A stretch of 62,183 nucleotides of DNA, filler included. It is 8 parts of 8 records of this genome, joined end to end, with 100 filler letters (N's around TTAATTAATTAA, not from the genome) between each part and the next. Parts side by side here need not be neighbours in the genome. Positions count along the whole stretch, not along the records: positions 19,009 to 31,811 come from SRR31147125_19025; positions 31,912 to 43,947 come from SRR31147125_19052; 6 more parts are not named here. The stretch is one strand, 5' to 3'. A program made the translations under genes and the position numbers. Under the pieces are notes generated by a model. That model had not been told where the DNA came from and searched no databases. It saw only the letters and a list, made by a program, of their open reading frames with translations. Positions 22,443 through 31,952 of the stretch are shown piece by piece (position 1 is the stretch's first letter; the number at the start of each line of letters is the position of its first letter).

Positions 22443-25400
22443 TTAGGTCTTAAAAGTTCCTAAAAAGAATTTTGATATAAAACTATCCGAGATAATTGCA
22501 GTTAAATGTTTTCCGGATATAAAGCGGACATCGACACCATTTTCGTTCATTAAATGCAATAGTTTGCCTGCACTTTGTTGGATATCTTTAACCGGTATAC
22601 CCGGGTTAAAGCTTGCAGTTAACTGCTTGTTTTTTCTAATTAATGATGTAAGGTGATATTGTCTTAGCCATAGAGAAAGCTGTGCCTCGTTGAAAAGATT
22701 TTTGGCCTCTATGGGCATTTTACCAAAACGATCGACGCATGACCAGGCTAAATGATCCAGCTCTCGCTTAATATCAATTTGTGTTTTTGATGACGAAAGC
22801 AATTCAGCGATCTTTCTGTAAAAAGAAATTCGAATATCTTTGCTGTCAACATAGCTGTCCGGTAGATAGGCGGCTTGTTCCAGGTTAACTTCGGTTAAGC
22901 CGGTAATCGCGCCAGGGGAGGGCGTGCTGCCAGATTTCAGCTGCTCAACTTCTTCGGCGAACATGCGGTTGAAATACGCATATCCAACCCGATTGATATG
23001 GCCACTTTGTTCTACACCGAAAAGCGAACCAGAACCACGTATTTCCAAATCACGCATGGCTATTTGGTATCCCGACCCCAGGTCTGTATAGTATTCTAGA
23101 GTTTGAAGGCGTTTCATTGCTATGGGGTTAATATGCTTTCCTCGCGGAACAACGAGATATGCAAAAGCTTTTTTATATGATCGTCCAACACGACCGCGAA
23201 TTTGATATAACTGAGACAAGCCAAAATTTTGTGCGTTCATTACGATAAGGGTGTTTGCGTTCGGGACGTCAATTCCCGACTCGATGATCGTTGTGGAAAT
23301 AAGGATGTCAAATTTATGATGATAGAAATCAAGCATGGTGTTTTCCAGCTCACTCCCTTTCATTTTTCCATGTGCTGAGCGCACACCATGTTCCGGAAAC
23401 ATTTCTTCAATGCGTCTTTGTAGGGCGGGTTGCTCTTCAATGACATTATATAGAATAAAGATCTGGCCATTTCTATCAAGCTCTCTTGTGATAGCCAACT
23501 TAATATCCTCATCATTCCAGTACATTAATTTTGTAGCGATAGGAAGTCGTTCTTTAGGAGGGGTGTCGATCTTTGTAATGTCTCTCAATCCGGCCAGTGA
23601 AAGCTGAAGGGTTCTCGGAATTGGGGTCGCCGTTAACGTGAGAACATCAATGCGACGTTTCATGTTTTGAATTTTTTCTTTATGGTTGACCCCAAAGCGA
23701 TGTTCTTCGTCAATTATTAACAACCCTAAATCCTTATAAAACATACTATTAGATAGTATTTTATGTGTTCCCACAATAATATCAATGCTACCGGACTTTA
23801 CTCCTTCAATACGTTCTTTCAGATCCCGAGAATTAACAAAGCGATTTATATATGAGACCTTGATCCCAAAGGGTTCCAAGCGTTCCTGAAAACTTTCATA
23901 GTGTTGAAAACACAACATGGTTGTTGGCACAAGAACAGCCACCTGTTTTCCGGAATAAACCGCCTTAAAAGCAGCACGAATTGCTACCTCGGTTTTCCCG
24001 AACCCAACATCACCACAAACCAGGCGATCCATAATGCGATCTTTTTCCATATCCGCACCAATTTCTTTAATGGCCCCAAGTTGATCTGGGGTTTCATCAT
24101 AAGGAAAAGATGCTTCAAGTTGAAGTGTATCGGGAGTGTCCGGATGAAATGAAAAACCCTTCATGCGCTTACGGTCGGTATAGAGCGAGAGAAGATCAAA
24201 CGCAGCTTTTTTCAGGTATGATCTTGTTGTTGTTTTTGCTTGTTCCCAACGAGAGGATCCGATTTGGTCAAGGTGGACACCGGATGGTTTTTCTCCGCTA
24301 TATTTGAATATTTTATTCATGTGGCGAACGGGTACAAATACCTTGTCCTTATTCCGATATTCAACAACCATGGATTCTTGTTTTACGCCCTTGAACTCAA
24401 GCAGATCAATGCCCCGATATATTCCAATACCATAATCAACATGAACGACAGCTTCACCATATTCAAGCGCATCAATATTCTCTATTCTTAAAGATTTTTC
24501 GGGAATAAAGCGCTTGCTGGGATTTACATGATGCTCTTTATGGTATATTTCGCGACCAGAAAGAACAATTAAGTTTAAGGGTTTGTACTGGAAGCCGGAT
24601 CGAACATTAACAGGACAATACTTTGCTTTTTCACCAAGCTTTTCTCTTATTGTGCTTCTTACAATATCATGTTCGCTTAATACAAAAATCCTGTCATAAT
24701 TGGAAAGAATGTTACTGTAGTAAGTTTTTGAAGTAGATCTTTTTGGCGTTTCTGCATCTGCTATTTCAAAATGAAGATCCGAGGAGGGATCGCCCGGATT
24801 AAAAATAACCTTACGGTATTTATAATCATTTGATATTTTGTCATTGGGAGAGATGCTTATTATCACCGTATTATCTGGCAAAATATCCTTGATCGTAGAT
24901 TTTGAAAAAGATGAAAACGAAGCCGGCCTGATATTGCATTGATCCAGACTTTCAAAAGAATTTTGATCACTGGGATTGTATTTACGAATAGACTCTACAG
25001 TATCGCCAAAAAATTCAATTCTTATGGGATAGGTGTCACCATAAGGGTAGATATCAACAATACCGCCGCGCACCGCAAATTCACCGCAATATTCAGCAAT
25101 ATTTGAACGTTGATACCCCATCTGGGATAGCCTGTCAACCAAGCCCGAAAACAGCACTTCACCATTAAGCCTAAACTCGAGCATGTGTTTTCTTAGTCCG
25201 GTCTTATCCGGCACCACTTGCTCAAATATCTTCGTGGATGAAAATATTACATCTAAAGATGAAGAATATAGATCAGCAAGAAAACGGGACAAATGGTTTT
25301 CAAGTCCGGGATTTTCGTGTAATTGAGATGCTCCGGAAAAAAGAGGCAACCAGGATAAAACATCTGCTTTGAAAAAACCCAAAGCGTCAGCATAAAAAGA

Positions 25401-25631
25401 TTCAGCTTCGCGCTCGCATTCAAATAACACAAGCGGCAAATAGCCACTTTCCTTTATAGCCTTTAACCAGAATAGAATAAACGTGCTATTGTCTGTATTG
25501 AAAATCAACGATCTGCGATGATTGAGAAGATCAAGGCTTTTGTTAAACAGGAGATCAGATCTCAAAAGGTCCAACAGCCCCAATATATCACATGTTTCAC
25601 GTGAAACATTTTTTTGATCAGTGTTGTTCAT
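22443..25631 (-). CDS. mfd: Transcription-repair coupling factor
   Basis: UvrB-like GEFAVRGGIVDIY, CarD-like VVHVDYGIG, helicase motifs CGDVGFGKT, DEEH, TATPIPRT and QIRGRVGR, and TRG motif RDLEIRG. Start uncertain (25631 ATG or 25679). Confidence 0.95.
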   Translation of the reverse strand: MNNTDQKNVSRETCDILGLLDLLRSDLLFNKSLDLLNHRRSLIFNTDNSTFILFWLKAIKESGYLPLVLFECEREAESFYADALGFFKADVLSWLPLFSGASQLHENPGLENHLSRFLADLYSSSLDVIFSSTKIFEQVVPDKTGLRKHMLEFRLNGEVLFSGLVDRLSQMGYQRSNIAEYCGEFAVRGGIVDIYPYGDTYPIRIEFFGDTVESIRKYNPSDQNSFESLDQCNIRPASFSSFSKSTIKDILPDNTVIISISPNDKISNDYKYRKVIFNPGDPSSDLHFEIADAETPKRSTSKTYYSNILSNYDRIFVLSEHDIVRSTIREKLGEKAKYCPVNVRSGFQYKPLNLIVLSGREIYHKEHHVNPSKRFIPEKSLRIENIDALEYGEAVVHVDYGIGIYRGIDLLEFKGVKQESMVVEYRNKDKVFVPVRHMNKIFKYSGEKPSGVHLDQIGSSRWEQAKTTTRSYLKKAAFDLLSLYTDRKRMKGFSFHPDTPDTLQLEASFPYDETPDQLGAIKEIGADMEKDRIMDRLVCGDVGFGKTEVAIRAAFKAVYSGKQVAVLVPTTMLCFQHYESFQERLEPFGIKVSYINRFVNSRDLKERIEGVKSGSIDIIVGTHKILSNSMFYKDLGLLIIDEEHRFGVNHKEKIQNMKRRIDVLTLTATPIPRTLQLSLAGLRDITKIDTPPKERLPIATKLMYWNDEDIKLAITRELDRNGQIFILYNVIEEQPALQRRIEEMFPEHGVRSAHGKMKGSELENTMLDFYHHKFDILISTTIIESGIDVPNANTLIVMNAQNFGLSQLYQIRGRVGRSYKKAFAYLVVPRGKHINPIAMKRLQTLEYYTDLGSGYQIAMRDLEIRGSGSLFGVEQSGHINRVGYAYFNRMFAEEVEQLKSGSTPSPGAITGLTEVNLEQAAYLPDSYVDSKDIRISFYRKIAELLSSSKTQIDIKRELDHLAWSCVDRFGKMPIEAKNLFNEAQLSLWLRQYHLTSLIRKNKQLTASFNPGIPVKDIQQSAGKLLHLMNENGVDVRFISGKHLTAIISDSFISKFFLGTFKT
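25593..25608. promoter_or_regulatory. parS: parS centromere site
   Basis: Exact consensus TGTTTCACGTGAAACA. Confidence 0.9.
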
Positions 25632-25743
25632 GACGAAAAATAACAACAGAAGCGGCAATAACCAAACCCCAATAACCAAACTCTGGCAACAAGCAGTTCA
25701 AAACAATTATTTAATAATCAAATTTTATATATTGTTTAAGTAT

Positions 25744-25759
25744 TGTTTCACGTGAAACA
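25744..25759. promoter_or_regulatory. parS: parS centromere site
   Basis: Exact consensus TGTTTCACGTGAAACA. Confidence 0.9.
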
Positions 25760-25829
25760 CTTTTTTTGGTCATTGATATTTTATGAGCTAATTCCTATAT
25801 TTTTGTTACAATTATAATATGGGGACTCA

Positions 25830-26615
25830 ATGCAAATTAGTTTTTCCAAATACCAGGGCGCAGGAAATGATTTTATCTTGATCAATGATATGGAAAATAC
25901 TTTTCCGGAATACGATCATGTCCTGATAAAAAATCTTTGCGATAGAAAATTCGGCATTGGTGCCGACGGGTTAATGTTGCTTCGACCATCCTTTCAAAAA
26001 GATTTTACTATGATGTATTTTAATGCAGACGGATATGAGGGTACCATGTGTGGGAATGGTGGTCGTTGCCTTGTTCGGTTCGCGAAAGATTGCGGGATAA
26101 TTTGTAAAAACGAAAAGATTCGTTTTGACGCAATTGATGGAGATCATGAGGCGAACATATTAGAGAATGACCTTGTATCTTTAAAAATGAAAGACGTTGC
26201 AGGCATTGAAAATAGAGGCAAAGGTTGGGGGTTGGATACGGGCTCTACACATCATGTTGAATATGTGGATAACCTTGTGGATATGGACGTATGCCGTAGC
26301 GGGAGGACGATAAGAGCCCATAAAATGTACAAACCCGATGGTTGTAATGTAAATTTTATTCAGCCTGACGGGAATGGAAATATTATGATACGAACCTATG
26401 AGCGAGGGGTTGAGAACGAGACCCTCGCCTGTGGAACCGGGTCGGTTGCTGCCGCCATTGTTGATCACGACCAGGGTCAGATTAAAGATAAGTATATCAT
26501 AACAGCTAGGGGTGGAACACTGGCTGTAAGTTTTGATTATATTAACGGTGAGTATATAAATGTTTGGCTTGAAGGCCCCGCAACTTTTGTGTTCAAAGGA
26601 GAGTGGACAGAATGA
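25830..26615 (+). CDS. dapF: Diaminopimelate epimerase
   Basis: Motifs KYQGAGNDF, GIGADG, MCGNGGRC and TYERGVENETLACGTG. Confidence 0.95.
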   Translation: MQISFSKYQGAGNDFILINDMENTFPEYDHVLIKNLCDRKFGIGADGLMLLRPSFQKDFTMMYFNADGYEGTMCGNGGRCLVRFAKDCGIICKNEKIRFDAIDGDHEANILENDLVSLKMKDVAGIENRGKGWGLDTGSTHHVEYVDNLVDMDVCRSGRTIRAHKMYKPDGCNVNFIQPDGNGNIMIRTYERGVENETLACGTGSVAAAIVDHDQGQIKDKYIITARGGTLAVSFDYINGEYINVWLEGPATFVFKGEWTE

Positions 26616-29605
26616 GCAATTTTAACATTATAGAGTATTACAATAAATATAAATTCGGCGACGACACTCTAAGAAAGTTAATGGGCTTTAGGGTGAAAAA
26701 AATTCTTTTGATCTCCACAGTTTATGACGCCTTTGTTTTTGAGCGTGATGCCCTCTTGGGGGAACAGGTTTTTGGAGAATACATGGAGCTAAATTTGTCA
26801 TCACCCCCAACCATTGAGGCGGTTCCAACTGGAGAAGAAGCCCTAAAGCAAATAAAAACAAACAAATACGACTTAATTATCACAACACTACATAGTGGTA
26901 AAGTTACTCCCTTTGATGTTTTGAAGGAGGTCCGGGAAACACAAGAGGATCTACCGGTTGTATTATTGCTTACATCAATGGCCGATATGAACGTGGTGGA
27001 TGATCGTAGTCACCCCGAGCACAAGTTTGATGAAATATTTGTTTGGAAGGGCGATGCAAATCTGTTTTTAGCCGTAATAAAATCCATAGAAGACAAAAAG
27101 AATGTTGATCACGACACAAAGGTCGGCTTGGTTAGGGTGATATTATTAGTTGAGGACTCACCACATTTTTACTCTATGTTCTTACCGCTATTATATGAGG
27201 AAGTTGTTAAACAAACCCAGCATTTGATCATTGAGGAGCTAAACGAGAGAGAAAAGCGACATCGCATGAGAGCACGCCCAAAGGTGCTGTTGGCGAAAAA
27301 TTATGAGGAAGCAATTGATATATACGAGACATATAAAAATAATCTGGTTGCAATATTTTCCGATATGACTTTTCCTCGAAACGGGAAGGAAGACAAAGAA
27401 GCCGGATTGCATTTATTAAAGGCACTGGAAAAGAGAGGAAGTGATCTGGCGACGCTGATAATTTCTTCGGAGTTGGAAAATTCTGAAAAAGCCATAAAGG
27501 CAGATACCGCATTTCTTCACAAACACAGCAAACACATGCTTCATCGATTAAGAAGCTTTATTACCGAAAATTTGGGATTTGGAGACTTTATATTCAGGGA
27601 TAAAAAGGGTAATATTATTGATAAAGCCGGTTATCTAGCTGAATTCGAAGAAAAACTCCAACATATTCCGGAAGAAAGCGTTATTTATCATGCAGAAAAA
27701 AATCACTTTTCAGCATGGTTGATGGCAAGGGGTGAGATCGAGCTGGCAAAAAATATTCGACGAATGAAAACCAAGGATTTTGAAAATGCCGATGCCATGC
27801 GCAAGTATTTAGCTAAAAGAGTTCTTGAAGTACAAAAGAAAAGAAATAAAGGCGAGATCATAAAATTTCACCAGTATTCCCTACCGGATGAAAATGAAAT
27901 CATACTACTGTCTGAAGGCTCCTTAGGGGGCAAGGGCCGTGGTTTAGCGTTCTTAAACACTCTTTTAACACGAATGGATCCGGATAAGACATTCGATGGT
28001 GTGCATATTGGACTTCCCAATACTGCTGCGATCGGTATTAGCGAATATGATATTTTCATCGAACAAAATAGGATTGATGGGAAGATCCATGAAAATATGA
28101 ATGACGATGAGATCGATACTATATTTTTAGAAGGATATCTTTCTCAGTCTCTTCAGCAAAAACTAAGAAGATTACTTGAAAGGGTTAATTATCCTCTCGC
28201 CGTAAGATCTTCATCATTATTAGAAGATAGTTACTCGCAGCCTTTTGCAGGTATCTATCGAACTTATATGTTGGCGAATAATGATGAAAGTATTGATGTG
28301 CGACTCAAGCAATTAATGGATGCGATCAAGCTCATTTACGCATCTTCTTATAGTACCGGCACCCAACAGTATATAGAACATATTGGCCACCAACTTGATG
28401 AAGAAAAAATGGCGGTGATCATCCAGGAGGTTGTTGGAACAAGAAATGAGGACTATTATTATCCACATATCAGCGGAGTTGCCCAGTCATACAATTTTTA
28501 CCCGATTGATAACCAATTACATACAGATGGAATGGCTTCTTTAGCAGTTGGCTTGGGGAAAATGGTGATTGAGGGTGGTAATGTTTTCCGTTTTTGTCCA
28601 AAACATCCCAAAGTATGGCTTATGTCAATGGAAGAAATGATTTCCGTGGCGCAAAGAGAGCTGTATGCGCTTGATCTTCGTTCAAATCAAATGGGATTAT
28701 ACGGACAAGAATCTTCAACCTTGGTTAAGCTACCCCTTTCAAAGGCAGAAGAACATGGAAGATTAAAGCACTTGGCTTCTGTATTCGATTTTCAGAACAA
28801 CAGACTGTGGCCAGGACTGAACAGAAAAGGTCCAAGGATCGTAACTTTTGACAATATTCTTAAATATGGGCACTATCCCCTCAGTAATGTAATAAACAGA
28901 TTGTTGGAAATTGGTGAAGCCGCATTAGGTATGCCTGTTGAGATCGAATTTGCTGTCGATCTTGACCGGAAAAAGGGAAACAAGCCCCCGACATTTTATC
29001 TTCTTCAGATCCGCCCACTTGCGGTATCCAGCTCAAACACAACTGTCAGCTTGGATAATTATAAAAAAGAGGACATTGTTTTATTTACAGAACAAGGTAT
29101 GGGTAATGGAGAAATAAACGATTTACACGACATTATTTGGTGTCCTCCGGAAAAGTTCAATTCAATGGAAACGCTTGATATTCAAATGGAGCTCGATCAA
29201 GTGAATAAAGAAATGAAGGAAAAAGGTATCCATTATATTTTGATAGGCCCCGGTCGCTGGGGAACACAGGATCGTTTTCTTGGCGTGCCCATTCAGTTTG
29301 GACAAATATCACAATCTAAGGTTATTGTAGAATCAGGGATCAAGGGTTTTGATATCCCACCTTCACAAGGAACCCATTTTTTCCATAATGTTGTTGCCAT
29401 GAACATAGGATATTTTTCCGTACCATATCAAAGCGAAGGGTTGGATTATATTAACTGGGATTTGCTTGGTTCTATGAAAAAAGTCGGTCGTTGGAAATAC
29501 TTTAAACACATTCACAGCACCAAGCCGATATCCGTAAAAATGGATGGAAAAACAGGGGAAGCTATTATTTATATTAACAAGGACAATAATGCCAAACGTG
29601 ACTAG
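26612..29605 (+). CDS. PEP synthase/PPDK N-domain protein with N-terminal receiver-like domains
   Basis: ATGA overlap with dapF. Receiver-like YDLIIT and ILLVEDS; ATP-grasp motifs GGKGRG, AVRSSS..ED..FAG, IQEVV, EIEFA and LLQIRP; C-terminal GPGRWG and SQGTHFF. Confidence 0.8.
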   Translation: MSNFNIIEYYNKYKFGDDTLRKLMGFRVKKILLISTVYDAFVFERDALLGEQVFGEYMELNLSSPPTIEAVPTGEEALKQIKTNKYDLIITTLHSGKVTPFDVLKEVRETQEDLPVVLLLTSMADMNVVDDRSHPEHKFDEIFVWKGDANLFLAVIKSIEDKKNVDHDTKVGLVRVILLVEDSPHFYSMFLPLLYEEVVKQTQHLIIEELNEREKRHRMRARPKVLLAKNYEEAIDIYETYKNNLVAIFSDMTFPRNGKEDKEAGLHLLKALEKRGSDLATLIISSELENSEKAIKADTAFLHKHSKHMLHRLRSFITENLGFGDFIFRDKKGNIIDKAGYLAEFEEKLQHIPEESVIYHAEKNHFSAWLMARGEIELAKNIRRMKTKDFENADAMRKYLAKRVLEVQKKRNKGEIIKFHQYSLPDENEIILLSEGSLGGKGRGLAFLNTLLTRMDPDKTFDGVHIGLPNTAAIGISEYDIFIEQNRIDGKIHENMNDDEIDTIFLEGYLSQSLQQKLRRLLERVNYPLAVRSSSLLEDSYSQPFAGIYRTYMLANNDESIDVRLKQLMDAIKLIYASSYSTGTQQYIEHIGHQLDEEKMAVIIQEVVGTRNEDYYYPHISGVAQSYNFYPIDNQLHTDGMASLAVGLGKMVIEGGNVFRFCPKHPKVWLMSMEEMISVAQRELYALDLRSNQMGLYGQESSTLVKLPLSKAEEHGRLKHLASVFDFQNNRLWPGLNRKGPRIVTFDNILKYGHYPLSNVINRLLEIGEAALGMPVEIEFAVDLDRKKGNKPPTFYLLQIRPLAVSSSNTTVSLDNYKKEDIVLFTEQGMGNGEINDLHDIIWCPPEKFNSMETLDIQMELDQVNKEMKEKGIHYILIGPGRWGTQDRFLGVPIQFGQISQSKVIVESGIKGFDIPPSQGTHFFHNVVAMNIGYFSVPYQSEGLDYINWDLLGSMKKVGRWKYFKHIHSTKPISVKMDGKTGEAIIYINKDNNAKRD

Positions 29606-29653
29606 TGGCGTTCTTTGAGAACGAAAACACCCTGATAAAATCAATAGAAATAA

Positions 29654-29679
29654 AAAAAGCTCTCAAAAGAGAGCTTTTT
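29654..29679. terminator. Bidirectional intrinsic terminator
   Basis: AAAAAGCTCTC-aaaa-GAGAGCTTTTT between convergent genes. Confidence 0.8.
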
Positions 29680-29695
29680 ATTTTTTATCAACCTC

Positions 29696-29971
29696 TTACC
29701 AGCTTTGGCGAGGTGGACGTTCAGCTCTTGGGCGTGCAACGTTGACCTTAAGGGGTCTGCCGCCAAGTTCTGTGCCATTTAATTCTTCAATGGCTTTTTG
29801 ACCTTCGTCGTCATTTTCCATCTCAACAAAACCGAAACCTTTTGAGTTGCCGGTTACGCGATCTTTGATGATGTTAACATTGGTTACAGCACCGTGAGCA
29901 CCGAAAGCGCTCTTGAGATCTTCCTCGGAAATACTGTACGGGAGGTTACCTACATAAATGTTCATGTCCAT
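29696..29971 (-). CDS. RRM RNA-binding protein
   Basis: RNP2 IYVGNL and RNP1 KGFGFVEM. Likely start 29965. Confidence 0.93.
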   Translation of the reverse strand: MDMNIYVGNLPYSISEEDLKSAFGAHGAVTNVNIIKDRVTGNSKGFGFVEMENDDEGQKAIEELNGTELGGRPLKVNVARPRAERPPRQSW

Positions 29972-30269
29972 TCCTTTTTCTTGTGCGTAGCATACAATGC
30001 ACTATCGAATAATTACGCACCGAATCAAACGATAGCCGGATGACACTTAATTGCCAATTTGCATAGAGGGAGATAAAATCTTATCTACACAACATATCCT
30101 TCGGAAATTAATGTAGCGATATATGGCTGAATTAACAAGAAATTCTTCTTTTATTTAAACATTAATAAGAATATAGAAGTTTTAAGAGGTTATAGGCAAA
30201 ATTGCATGGTTTTATATCAGGATTATCAAAATCGTGCCTGAGAATTTAATTATGAAAGTCGTTTTTTTG

Positions 30270-31811
30270 CTACTTTGCTAGAAAAATTAGCAAGACCTGA
30301 ATATCGGCCGGTGATATCCCGCGAATACGACTAGCCTGACCAATTGTATCGGGGCGAAATTTATTAAGTTTTTCTCGACCCTCATTTGAAAGAGAGGTAA
30401 TTTGATCATAATCAAAATCGATCGGGATGAGTTTTGCTTCCAATTGATTCATTTTTTTCACCTGTTTGTTCTGTCTTTCGATATAACCATCATAGCGAAT
30501 TTGAACATAAGCTTGATCTATGGAATCCAGGAGATATTCAGGGAAATAGAAATTTTGAATATCTGCTATTCTTTCTTCATTGATCAATTGTCGGCGGATC
30601 AATAAGGCAAGTGAAAGTGTTTGGTCGATCTTAATACCGAGAGGATTATCAACCAAAATGCGCGTTTTTTCGAATTTTGAAGTCAATATATGAGTTTCGC
30701 GTTTAACTCGTTCAAAACGCTGTATTATGTCGGGAGACTGAATTCCCAATTCTCTGGCAGTGTCAGATAATCTTAAGTGTGCATTATCCCATCTTAGCAA
30801 TAATCGATATTCGGCCAGAGAGGTAAACATGCGATAGGGTTCTGAGGTTTCCTTGGAGCAAAGATCATCGATCAAAACGCCTGCATAAGCCTGGTGTCTT
30901 TCAAGAACAAGCATATTTTTACCATCTAGTTTTCGAATCGCATTAACAGAGGCAATAAATCCCTGTACTGCTGCTTCTTCATACCCACTGGTCCCGTTTA
31001 TTTGTCCGGCAAAATATAATCCAGAAACAGTTTTTGTTTCAAGCGAACGATTTATCTGATATGATGGAAAATAATCATACTCAATAGCATAACCGATCTT
31101 AATAAATTCAGCATTTTCTAATCCGGGGACCGAACGAAGCGCACGGACTTGAATATCAATTGGCAGAGAAGATGAAAATCCGTTTACATACCATTGAGCT
31201 GATCCATCCCATTCGGGTTCAAGGAAAAGCTGATGTTGGGTTTTATCTGAAAATCGCACGATCTTATCTTCGATGCTTGGACAATATCGCGGCCCAACGC
31301 CATCGATCTTACCCGTATATAGTGGGGAGCGATCAAGGGCGGACCTTAAAATCGAGTGTGTTTCTTCTGTTGTATATGCAAGCCAACAAGGAACATCCGG
31401 TGGATCAAAATTATCGGTTGAATGCGAAAATGGACGCGGATCACTGTCCCCACCCTGGATCTCAAGTTTTGAAAAATTTATAGAGCGTTTTGTGATCCTT
31501 GAAGGCGTTCCTGTTTTCAATCTACCAACGGTAAATCCCAAATCCTTCAGTTGGTCGGAAATACCGATTGACGGCAATTCACCGTAGCGCCCTGCCGCGA
31601 TCTGGACATCACCTATATGTATCTTTCCGCGCAAGAATGTTCCGTTAGTTAGGATACAAGCTCGTGTATTTATAAGGGATCCATCATGTAAATATACGCC
31701 ATGAAGTTCATTATCTTGGATATCCAGCGCACGAACATCAGATTCAATGATATCCAGATTGGCTTGCTTATCAAGCACGTTCTGCATGTATTTTTCATAT
31801 TTGATCTTATC
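30270..31811 (-). CDS. mnmG: tRNA U34 carboxymethylaminomethyl modification enzyme MnmG/GidA, 5'-truncated
   Basis: Motifs RLKTGTP, GPRYCPSIEDK, FAGQINGTSGYEEAA, EPYRMFTS and QASRIRGISPAD. Frame open to contig end. Confidence 0.96.
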   Translation of the reverse strand, partial: DKIKYEKYMQNVLDKQANLDIIESDVRALDIQDNELHGVYLHDGSLINTRACILTNGTFLRGKIHIGDVQIAAGRYGELPSIGISDQLKDLGFTVGRLKTGTPSRITKRSINFSKLEIQGGDSDPRPFSHSTDNFDPPDVPCWLAYTTEETHSILRSALDRSPLYTGKIDGVGPRYCPSIEDKIVRFSDKTQHQLFLEPEWDGSAQWYVNGFSSSLPIDIQVRALRSVPGLENAEFIKIGYAIEYDYFPSYQINRSLETKTVSGLYFAGQINGTSGYEEAAVQGFIASVNAIRKLDGKNMLVLERHQAYAGVLIDDLCSKETSEPYRMFTSLAEYRLLLRWDNAHLRLSDTARELGIQSPDIIQRFERVKRETHILTSKFEKTRILVDNPLGIKIDQTLSLALLIRRQLINEERIADIQNFYFPEYLLDSIDQAYVQIRYDGYIERQNKQVKKMNQLEAKLIPIDFDYDQITSLSNEGREKLNKFRPDTIGQASRIRGISPADIQVLLIFLAK

Positions 31812-31911
31812 NNNNNNNNNNNNNNNNNNNNNNNNNNNNNNNNNNNNNNNNNNNNTTAATTAATTAANNNNNNNNNNNNNNNNNNNNNNNNNNNNNNNNN
31901 NNNNNNNNNNN
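31812..31911. other. Artificial contig spacer
   Basis: N44-TTAATTAATTAA-N44. Confidence 0.99.
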
Positions 31912-31952
31912 AAAAAATTTGTAAAAAACAAAAAAAATATGAATGTCAGGTT

